Assembly: GCA_002296975.1 (NCBI GenBank)
Contig: DBIS01000275.1
Span: 1-35,239 of the forward strand
Source of the DNA: Deltaproteobacteria bacterium UBA796
Lineage (GTDB): Bacteria; Myxococcota_A; UBA796
Direction of reading: 5' to 3'
Length of the DNA stretch: 35,239 nt
Positions 28,187 through 35,239 of this stretch are shown here, piece by piece. Numbering within the stretch: the first letter of the stretch is position 1; each line of letters opens with the position of its first letter. Below the pieces are notes generated by a model. That model did not search any database. It saw nothing but the letters and a program-made list of their open reading frames with translations, and had not been told where the DNA came from. The position numbers were made by a program, and so were the translations under genes.

Positions 28187-29940
28187 GTGTACATCTCCTC
28201 GATGAGGGTGGACCAAATCTCGCAGACCGGTCCGCGGCGCACCTTTTGGGTGGCGGTGAGCTCCCCATCATCTTGGTGCAGTTCTTTGTTGAATAAGCGG
28301 TAGGCGCGCACTTGCTCCACCCGCCCGAGCTTTTCGTTCAGACGTTTGATTTCGTCGCCGATGAGGGTGACCACTTGTGGCTTGCCAGCCAAATCCTCAA
28401 AGTCCGTGTGCCCCAAATCGGTGCGGGTGGCCCAGTCGCTCACAGCGTCGAGATCGATTTGAATGAGTGCCGACACAAACTTTCGCCGGTCGCCGATGGC
28501 CACGACTTCTTTAATGAATGGGCTCATCTTGATGGCGTTTTCGATGCGTTCAGGGCTGAGGTTTTTGCCCCCAGCGGTGATGATGATTTCCTTTTTTCGA
28601 CCGGTAATCGAGAGGTAGCCATCTTTGTCTATTTGGCCCAAATCACCGGTGTGTAGCCAGCCATTTTTGTCGATGGTGGCGGCGGTGGCTGAGTCGTTAT
28701 GGAGATAGCCGACAAAGACGGGTGCGCCGTAAAGCAAGACTTCCCCATCGTCTGCGATGCGGCATTCCATGCCACCGATGACTTTTCCGACCGTCCCAAA
28801 GCGGGCATCTTTAGGTGGATTGATATGACTCACTCCAGCACATTCGGTTTGGCCAAAAGCCTCAAGCACGGGAATATTGGCGCTGTGAAACCACCGGAGA
28901 ATGTCCTCAGAGATGGGGGCCGCGCCCGAGAATGGAAGCCGGCACCGCCGCATGCCCAAGCGCTCGGCGAGGGGTCGGTAGATCAACAGGTCGGCCAAAA
29001 ACCCTAAAATCCCGGTGCGTCGGGTTTTTCCGTTGATGGCAAAGGCGAACAGCTTTTGTTTGAGCCACGAGGAGTCGGCCATTTTGAGTTGAACGGAAGC
29101 GTGCATCTTCTCCCAAATTCTGGGCACCCCCAAAAAGATGGTGGGCGAGACTTCGCGCAAGTCGTCTTGGACGGTCTCGATGGCTTCGCCAAAGTGGACG
29201 ATCGCACCTGAGGCCAGGGGTAGAAAGACCGTGAAAATCTTCTCGGCCACGTGGCATAGGGGCAGATAGGACAACAAGGTGTCATCTGGGCTGACGTTTA
29301 AGCTTTCGGTGAGCGTATCGGCAGCAGGGCACACATTGGTATGCGACAGCTGTGCGCCCTTGGGTTGGCCGGTGGTACCTGAGGTGTAAACCACCATCGC
29401 AGGGGCGTCGGGATCGAGGGTTCGGCGTTTGGCTTCAGCCCACGACAACGGCGGTGGGTCGACCGCGGATAGAAAGTCAGCCCAAGAGATCAAGCGCGGG
29501 TCGGTGTAGTGGCGCAGACCTCGGGGGTCAAAGACCACGATGTGCGCGAGCGATGGGGTCTGGTCTTCGCATTCGATGGCTTTGTCGACCTGCTCTTGGT
29601 CTTCACAAAAGATGAGCTTGCTTGCGCTGTGGGCGAGCACATAGGCCACGTCCGCTGTGGGGTTGGTTTGGTAGATGCCCACCGACACTGCACCCAGCAA
29701 CTGCGCACCCAAATCGGCCCACAACCATTCGGTACGGTTGCCGCTCAGGATGCCCACATGGTCTCCACTGACGATGCCAATGGCCTCGAGGGCCGCTGCT
29801 GCGTGGGCCACTTTTTGGTGGTACTCAGCCCAGCTGAACGCCTGCCAAACGCCGAGGGATTTTTCGCGCAAAGCCACCCGGTTTGGGTGCACATCTGCAA
29901 GGTGGGCAAGCCGGCCGACGAGGGTTGAGCGCGAGATCAT
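28183..29940 (-). CDS. Long-chain fatty acid-CoA ligase (AMP-dependent synthetase)
   Basis: VYTSGTTGQPKG, SYLPLCHVAE, GVPRIWEK, SGAAP, FGQTE, GWLHTGDLG, GRKKEIIITAGGKN and ELTATQKVRR. Confidence 0.93.
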   Translation of the reverse strand: MISRSTLVGRLAHLADVHPNRVALREKSLGVWQAFSWAEYHQKVAHAAAALEAIGIVSGDHVGILSGNRTEWLWADLGAQLLGAVSVGIYQTNPTADVAYVLAHSASKLIFCEDQEQVDKAIECEDQTPSLAHIVVFDPRGLRHYTDPRLISWADFLSAVDPPPLSWAEAKRRTLDPDAPAMVVYTSGTTGQPKGAQLSHTNVCPAADTLTESLNVSPDDTLLSYLPLCHVAEKIFTVFLPLASGAIVHFGEAIETVQDDLREVSPTIFLGVPRIWEKMHASVQLKMADSSWLKQKLFAFAINGKTRRTGILGFLADLLIYRPLAERLGMRRCRLPFSGAAPISEDILRWFHSANIPVLEAFGQTECAGVSHINPPKDARFGTVGKVIGGMECRIADDGEVLLYGAPVFVGYLHNDSATAATIDKNGWLHTGDLGQIDKDGYLSITGRKKEIIITAGGKNLSPERIENAIKMSPFIKEVVAIGDRRKFVSALIQIDLDAVSDWATRTDLGHTDFEDLAGKPQVVTLIGDEIKRLNEKLGRVEQVRAYRLFNKELHQDDGELTATQKVRRGPVCEIWSTLIEEMYT

Positions 29941-30713
29941 ATTGTGTCCTCGCTATTGCCTAAATATGCTGCTCGGACAGCGGGGTCGTTTCGGATTTTA
30001 TCGGGAGTGCCCACAGCGATGGCGTTGCCAAACTCCAAGACTGCGACCCGATCCGCCAGGTCGAGAACCATGTGTAAATCGTGCTCAATCAAAATCTGTG
30101 TGATGCCCCGGTCTTCTTTGATATCCAGGATGTACCGCGCCATATCCTCGGTCTCTTCGCGGTTGAGGCCGGCGGCGGGCTCGTCCAAGAGCAAGAGTTT
30201 GGGCTCCATGCACAAGGCTCGGCCAAGCTCTACGCGTTTGAGCACCCCATACGGCAGCACGCCGACAGGGGTTTTTCGGACGCCTTCAAGGTTCAAAAAA
30301 TCGATGATGTCTTCAGCCAATGCACGGGCTTCACGTTCTTGTTTTTGGGCCCCCTCAGTCCACAGCATATCGGCCCACCAAGCGCTGGTGTAACGGTGGT
30401 GACAACCCACCAACATATTGTCGAGAACGGTCAGGTGTTCGTACAATGCGAGATTTTGGAACATTCTGGCGATGCCCATCGTGGCCCGAGAATGTGCGGG
30501 GGCTTTCACGATGTTTTGGCCCTCAAAAATGATGGCGCCGGATTGGGGGCTGTACAGGCCAGAAATACAGTTAAAAAGCGATGTTTTTCCCGCACCGTTG
30601 GGGCCAATTATGGCCAACAATTCACCGGGATTCACCGCCAAAGACACCTCACGCAGGGCGCGCACCCCTTTGAAGGAGAGGTCGACATCTTGGAGTTGGA
30701 GCAGTGGGGTCAT
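29937..30713 (-). CDS. livG: ABC ATP-binding protein (LivG-like)
   Basis: GPNGAGKTS, ARMFQN, LPYG..KRVELGRAL, LLLLDEPAAG, IEHD and AYLG. Start ATG 30713 overlaps the upstream TGA (TGATG). Confidence 0.93.
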   Translation of the reverse strand: MTPLLQLQDVDLSFKGVRALREVSLAVNPGELLAIIGPNGAGKTSLFNCISGLYSPQSGAIIFEGQNIVKAPAHSRATMGIARMFQNLALYEHLTVLDNMLVGCHHRYTSAWWADMLWTEGAQKQEREARALAEDIIDFLNLEGVRKTPVGVLPYGVLKRVELGRALCMEPKLLLLDEPAAGLNREETEDMARYILDIKEDRGITQILIEHDLHMVLDLADRVAVLEFGNAIAVGTPDKIRNDPAVRAAYLGNSEDTI

Positions 30714-31495
30714 CAGCTCAACCATCGTTTGCGGCGGCGGTAATGTTTAACATCGCGGAAGCTGGTCTTGTCGGCGCCCATACCCAGGTAAAAGGCCTGA
30801 ATATCGGCGTCGGCCTTCAAGGTTTCCGAGGCGCCTTCGAGCACGACTTTTCCGGTCTCCAAAATGGTGGCGTGGCTGGATAGTTCTAAAGCCATGGTGG
30901 CATTTTGTTCGACCAAAAGCACGCTCACCCCATCTTTGCTGATTTCGGTGATGAGCCTGGCGACGTCTTTGACGATTTTCGGTGCCAGGCCCAAGCTCGG
31001 TTCGTCCATCAACAACAGGCGGGGGTGGCTCATCAAAGCGCGGGCGATGGCGAGCATTTGCTGCTCTCCGCCAGAAAGGTAGCCGGCGGGCCCATGACGT
31101 CGCTCGGCTAAAACTGGGAAACGGGTATAAAACCTGTCGAGATCGTCATTGAGCTTGGCTGGGGGTGCGACAAAGGCGCCGGCGCGGAGGTTTTCTTCTA
31201 CCGTTAGCTCCGGGAAAATCCGTCGCCCTTCCATCACGGTCGAGATGCCCAAGCGAACGATGGCCTCGGGGTGTTTGCCCACCAAATTATGCCCATCAAA
31301 GGTGATGGAACCTTTGGTGACTTTACCCTCGTGGATGTCGAGCATGCCGGTGATGGCCCGCAAGGTTGTGGTCTTGCCCGCACCATTTGGCCCCAACAAG
31401 GCCACCACGCCGCCATCGGGCACTGTGAGGCTGACACCCCGCAGCACCCGCAGGACGCCATGGTAAACGGTCTCAAGGTTTGTGACCTCGAGCAT
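30713..31495 (-). CDS. livF: ABC ATP-binding protein (LivF-like)
   Basis: GPNGAGKTT, EGRRIF, LSGGEQQMLAIARAL, DEPSLGLAP, VEQN and C-terminal YRRRKRWLS. Confidence 0.93.
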   Translation of the reverse strand: MLEVTNLETVYHGVLRVLRGVSLTVPDGGVVALLGPNGAGKTTTLRAITGMLDIHEGKVTKGSITFDGHNLVGKHPEAIVRLGISTVMEGRRIFPELTVEENLRAGAFVAPPAKLNDDLDRFYTRFPVLAERRHGPAGYLSGGEQQMLAIARALMSHPRLLLMDEPSLGLAPKIVKDVARLITEISKDGVSVLLVEQNATMALELSSHATILETGKVVLEGASETLKADADIQAFYLGMGADKTSFRDVKHYRRRKRWLS

Positions 31496-31503
31496 GGTTT
31501 AGC

Positions 31504-32790
31504 TCAGCCCTTCTCGGCTGTGGCTGGGGGAGCGTCGACCGCAGCCTTGGCGCCAGCGGTGGCGTAATCTGCGACCACAGCCCAGCTCTTGGATTCAAAG
31601 TCGGGCTTGAGTACGCGGGTTTTGGCACCGGTCTCGTAGGGGAAGGTGGTGAGGCTGATCGGCTGAATCATGCCGGCGGCGTTCCAGTTTTTGATGGCAC
31701 TGAGCTGCTTGAGATAGCCGGCACGGGTGATGTCGTTGGCGGCGATGGCGTCGCTGGCTGCCTGAATTTGGACCAGCCCTTGGATGTATGAGAGCAAGGT
31801 ATAAAAGTCGGGTGAGCCTAAATCACCACCGTGACTGGCCCATGCGGCCAAAAAGCTGTCCATTCCGTCGACCTTTTCACCCCAAAAAGGCATGCCGTTC
31901 ATCTGGTGGTAGTTGGCGAAGACAGCACTTGGAATGACCTTCGGGCTGAAAAACATATCGATCCAGGCCGGTGTGTTCGCGATCCATTTTGGCATGTAGC
32001 CGAGCTGGGCGGCGGTTCCCAAGATGGGGCCAGTAGCACTCGGCAATGTGGTGAGCATGACAACCTCTGCTCCAGCATCTTTGAGCCTGGTAATGACGGC
32101 GGTGAAGTCCTTTTGGCCGGGGGCAACGGTGGCCTCAGCGACGACATTCACACCGTGAGCCTTGGCCGCTGCCATCCATCCGGTGTGGCCATCTTTGCCG
32201 TAGTCGTCTTGTTGGTAGACGATGCCGGCCTTGATGGTGGTTTTGTCATCGGCGCTGGCCACAACCCAGTCCATCGCGCGCTTGGCTTCAAGGATGTAGC
32301 TTGGGCCGATGGGGGGTGTGTGCTTGTGTTTGGCCATCTCGCTCGAGAGTGATGCTGGGAAGGCCACGATGTTGGCGGCCTCGAGCATGGGTCGTAAAGG
32401 CAGTGTGTTTGGTGTGCCAAAACTGGTGCCGATAAAGAGCACTTCGTCGGCGATTTCTTTGAAGGCCTGGGTAGATTTTTGAGGGTTGTATCCGTGGTCG
32501 CGCTCGACGAGTTTGACCGTCCAGCCCTCAGGTAGAAGCCCAGAATTTCCAGCATTGATTTGTGCTGCCAGTAGCCGTTTTCCGGCGGCGTAGGGTTTGC
32601 CAATGACTGCGGCGGGGCCACTTTCGTCATTGAGTGCGCCGATGGTGATGGTTTTGGCCTGTAGGTCTACGCCTTTGTCGGCCTTAATTCCCGTGGGGGC
32701 GGTGGTGTCGGCAGGGGGAGTGGTCTCGCCTCCGCAAGCTGAAAGCGCAAAAAGGGCGGCGGTGGTGCCGAGTTTGACGAGGTTGAACAT
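31504..32790 (-). CDS. ABC substrate-binding lipoprotein (Liv/type I periplasmic binding fold)
   Basis: Lipobox LSAC; ITIGAL...SGPAA..G, DHGYNPQK, FGTPNT, VYQQDDYGKDG and DFTAVITRLK. It is the first gene of the importer operon. Confidence 0.92.
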   Translation of the reverse strand: MFNLVKLGTTAALFALSACGGETTPPADTTAPTGIKADKGVDLQAKTITIGALNDESGPAAVIGKPYAAGKRLLAAQINAGNSGLLPEGWTVKLVERDHGYNPQKSTQAFKEIADEVLFIGTSFGTPNTLPLRPMLEAANIVAFPASLSSEMAKHKHTPPIGPSYILEAKRAMDWVVASADDKTTIKAGIVYQQDDYGKDGHTGWMAAAKAHGVNVVAEATVAPGQKDFTAVITRLKDAGAEVVMLTTLPSATGPILGTAAQLGYMPKWIANTPAWIDMFFSPKVIPSAVFANYHQMNGMPFWGEKVDGMDSFLAAWASHGGDLGSPDFYTLLSYIQGLVQIQAASDAIAANDITRAGYLKQLSAIKNWNAAGMIQPISLTTFPYETGAKTRVLKPDFESKSWAVVADYATAGAKAAVDAPPATAEKG

Positions 32791-32871
32791 GCTCTCTCCG
32801 AGTTGAAATGCCCCATACTTTGGGGCGGTTCGTTATGTTGACGCCGCCTTATAACAGGGGGAAGGGTTCAG

Positions 32872-34470
32872 ATGTCACAAAGAACACTCGCTTTCAGTGC
32901 TTTGACGCTGTTTATGATGATTTTCAGTCCTTCAGGCTGGGCCAAAAATGAACCCATCATCGTAGCGCAATGGGTGCGACACCAACTTGAGTTGAGGGTG
33001 ATTGCGCCAGATGGAGAGCATCTGTCTGGGCCAGCGAGCGCTGAGATTGTTTTGTGTGAAGAGGCCATCGATATGTCCATGGCGGGCAGCATGCTTGAGG
33101 ACGGCATTATCTTGCGCTTGAAAGCCCATGGGCCCCACAAACTTGAGGGCCAGCTTTCGGTGGGCGTGTGCGCGGACTCGGGCAATATTTGTCGGTTGGT
33201 CGATCTCCCCTTTTCGGGGACGCTTTTGGGTAAAAAAGGAGAGTTGTTGTTGGGGGCGCCGCCACCGAAAGCCAAAGCCACCGATGCCGTACACAAGGCT
33301 GCTGATGTTTTGGCTGCATTTGAAAGGGCGAAGTTGAGCGAAAAACCGGTGTTGCTCGACTTCTCGACCGTTTGGTGCCCACCGTGTCAGACGTTGGCTG
33401 CTGAGGTTTTGCACGACCCTCAAGACGCTGATCTGCTCTCCCAATTTGAGGTGGTGGTGCTTGACGCCGACGCAGCGAGCTCTTTTGAGTGGAAAGATCG
33501 CTATGGTGTGACCGGGTACCCCACCCTCATCGTCGCCAATCCAGCAGGGGAGTTGGTTGGGCGCTTGATGGGTTTTGATGAAGAGCAAGAAACCCTTGAC
33601 TGGCTCGCGGCCATGGCGGGGGTCACAAGCACTGTGTCGGCATTGTTGGGGAACCTCGAGGGGGTCTCTGAAGCGGCATTGGGCTCAAGTGCCCGGCGTT
33701 TAATGGACGAAGGCCACGATGAGGCGGCAAAAACCTTAATCGCACGCATTCCAGATGAGGGCGACCGGGCTTTATTGTCCTTTCGTCTGGCCCCGAGTCA
33801 TGATCTGCTGCCGATTTTGGTCGCGCAAAAATCGCCCGAGATTATGGAGTGGATTTGGGCGGTTGTGTATGAACTGTTCCAACAAGAGGACATTCCAGAG
33901 TCGAGTCGAAGCCTTGTGCGGCAAGCGATCGTTGAAGGCCTCAACCATGTCCCCCCTGAACAAGCCGCTGAACTGGCCTATGTTTTGGCGGACATCACCC
34001 CCGATAATGAGCACCCAGAGCGCATCTTTGCTTTGGGGGCGGCCTTGTATCGCACCGCTTTTTCAGGCGACCCAGTGAGCGACCGCGGACGGACCAGCTT
34101 TTTGGTGGATTTGCTGTACAGGGCGGGAAATGTTGAAGGGGCGCTCGAGGTGGTCGACGCGGCCATCGTTCATTTTCCTGAAGAATTTAGCTACCACAAT
34201 AAGCGGGCGGGTGTGCTTCACGATGAGGCGCGTTTGGATGAGGCCTTATTGTCTGCAGTACTCGCCACAAAGTTTGCCAAGGGCGACACGATTTTGCGGG
34301 CCGGTATGAAACAGGCGGAGATACTCGCAGAGCTCGACCGAAAAGGCGAGGCTTCCCAAGTCTTGAAGTCGGTGTTGGACACAGCGATACGCCCTAAAGA
34401 TGGCCAAAAAGTTCGAACCTGGCGCTATATCGAACTCGCCGAGGCGCAGTTGAAAACGCTGGGAAATTGA
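32872..34470 (+). CDS. Exported thioredoxin-family protein with DsbD-N-like N-terminus and TPR-like C-terminus
   Basis: Signal peptide; GEHL...VCADSGNIC (DsbD-alpha-like Cys pair); KPVLLDFSTVWCPPC and YGVTGYPT (cis-Pro); helical TPR-like repeats. Confidence 0.8.
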   Translation: MSQRTLAFSALTLFMMIFSPSGWAKNEPIIVAQWVRHQLELRVIAPDGEHLSGPASAEIVLCEEAIDMSMAGSMLEDGIILRLKAHGPHKLEGQLSVGVCADSGNICRLVDLPFSGTLLGKKGELLLGAPPPKAKATDAVHKAADVLAAFERAKLSEKPVLLDFSTVWCPPCQTLAAEVLHDPQDADLLSQFEVVVLDADAASSFEWKDRYGVTGYPTLIVANPAGELVGRLMGFDEEQETLDWLAAMAGVTSTVSALLGNLEGVSEAALGSSARRLMDEGHDEAAKTLIARIPDEGDRALLSFRLAPSHDLLPILVAQKSPEIMEWIWAVVYELFQQEDIPESSRSLVRQAIVEGLNHVPPEQAAELAYVLADITPDNEHPERIFALGAALYRTAFSGDPVSDRGRTSFLVDLLYRAGNVEGALEVVDAAIVHFPEEFSYHNKRAGVLHDEARLDEALLSAVLATKFAKGDTILRAGMKQAEILAELDRKGEASQVLKSVLDTAIRPKDGQKVRTWRYIELAEAQLKTLGN

Positions 34471-34479
34471 AGTGTTGTT

Positions 34480-34497
34480 TGAAACAAAAATGAAACA
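34480..34497 (+). repeat. Tandem TGAAACA direct repeat, 11-bp period (candidate regulator site)
   Basis: TGAAACA at 34480-34486 and 34491-34497 in an AT-rich intergenic patch. It overlaps the inverted repeat TTGTTT-G-AAACAA (34475-34487). Confidence 0.45.
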
Positions 34498-34586
34498 TCA
34501 TCATGCGACATTGGGGTGACAGTCGGTGTTCAGGGCTATCTTTCGCTTGTTTACCCTGGTAAATCTGTGATTCAGAAGGAGATGTC

Positions 34587-35239
34587 ATGACTTCAACTCA
34601 GACTTTGTTTCTCTCGATTTTCGCGCTCGGCTGTGGGTTTCAGGGCTCAAAATCCGACCTTGAGGGCTTTGGGGCCGATGATGCGGGTGCTGGCGACCCG
34701 TCAGAAAATGGTGGGGTTGAGCTCGAGATTTCCAGTCCTGCGGCAAATACCGACATCATTGGCGACTCAGTCGTGGTGACCGGGGTGGCAAAACAGTTGG
34801 AAGATGTCCGGGTGAATGGCCAGCCGATCACCGTTGATGGGGCGGGTCAGTTTTCGGTCACCTTGAGCGATATGGTCGGGGTTGAGGCCATCGTGTTGAC
34901 CGGGGTGGATGATGACGGTGAGACGGTGTCGGAGCGGTTGGCCGTGCGGGTGAGCGAGTACTGGGTGGAGCGGCAGATCATCGACAAGGGCTTGATGTTT
35001 TCGATGGACAATGAGGGTCTTGGTATGGTGGCAGATTGGGCGGCCCAGCAGCTCGATCCAGAGACGTTGACCGAGATGGTGATGGAGTCGAACCCTGTTT
35101 TCTCGGCGGCGGAGGGCCTTTTGGGCTCGGTGGTCGTCAATATTGACGCCATTACATTTTCAACCGCCGCGGCTCTGGTTCGGACCACGGATTCGCATCT
35201 TTTTGCTGAATACACGCTGCACGATTTGGTGGTCACCGG
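34587..35239 (+). CDS. Partial lipoprotein with Ig-like domain (runs off window end)
   Basis: AAGGAG SD at 34576-34581 before ATG 34587; lipobox ALGC. The frame is open to the window end: ...LEISSPAANTDIIGDSVVVTG...VRVNGQPITVDGAGQFSVTL... Not in the ORF track. Confidence 0.8.
   Translation, partial: MTSTQTLFLSIFALGCGFQGSKSDLEGFGADDAGAGDPSENGGVELEISSPAANTDIIGDSVVVTGVAKQLEDVRVNGQPITVDGAGQFSVTLSDMVGVEAIVLTGVDDDGETVSERLAVRVSEYWVERQIIDKGLMFSMDNEGLGMVADWAAQQLDPETLTEMVMESNPVFSAAEGLLGSVVVNIDAITFSTAAALVRTTDSHLFAEYTLHDLVVT

Noticed and set aside
1-35239. CRISPR arrays, tRNA/rRNA (including tRNA-Sec), transposases, integrases, prophage or defence genes
   Set aside because: None recognised: intergenic spaces are short and every long ORF is otherwise explained. 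Read by eye only, so short RNAs could be missed.

Overview
GC-rich bacterial chromosomal segment. The lipoprotein style, DUF1501/cytochrome module and gene mix suggest Myxococcota or a related deltaproteobacterium-like lineage (inference). It is densely coding, and I found no tRNA, rRNA, CRISPR or mobile element. In order: a minus-strand run (GT-C glycosyltransferase, purC, truncated hemoglobin, cyclopropane-synthase-family methyltransferase, AhpD-like peroxidase); large purL; a Cys-rich leader ORF followed by a CusCBA-type Cu/Ag efflux operon; a four-gene lipoprotein/cytochrome c/DUF1501 module; an NAD-linked formate dehydrogenase (NuoEF fusion plus alpha subunit); a putative His/Cys protease-like protein; a CHAP amidase; a Liv-type ABC importer with an embedded acyl-CoA ligase; a thioredoxin/TPR protein; and a partial lipoprotein. 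The ORF track misses three things. (1) The AhpD-like gene (CFYU) and the FDH alpha gene (CAATUH) are each split at an in-frame TGA followed by a SECIS-like hairpin, so both are selenoproteins. (2) The leader ORF before cusC carries an RGPP arrest-like motif, and its stop codon begins a 12-bp helix that occludes the cusC ribosome-binding site, a candidate metal-responsive translational switch. (3) There are partial CDSs at both window ends. The methyltransferase resembles fungal sphingolipid C9-methyltransferases and PurC resembles Thermoplasmatota enzymes; both resemblances are from memory and need a search.
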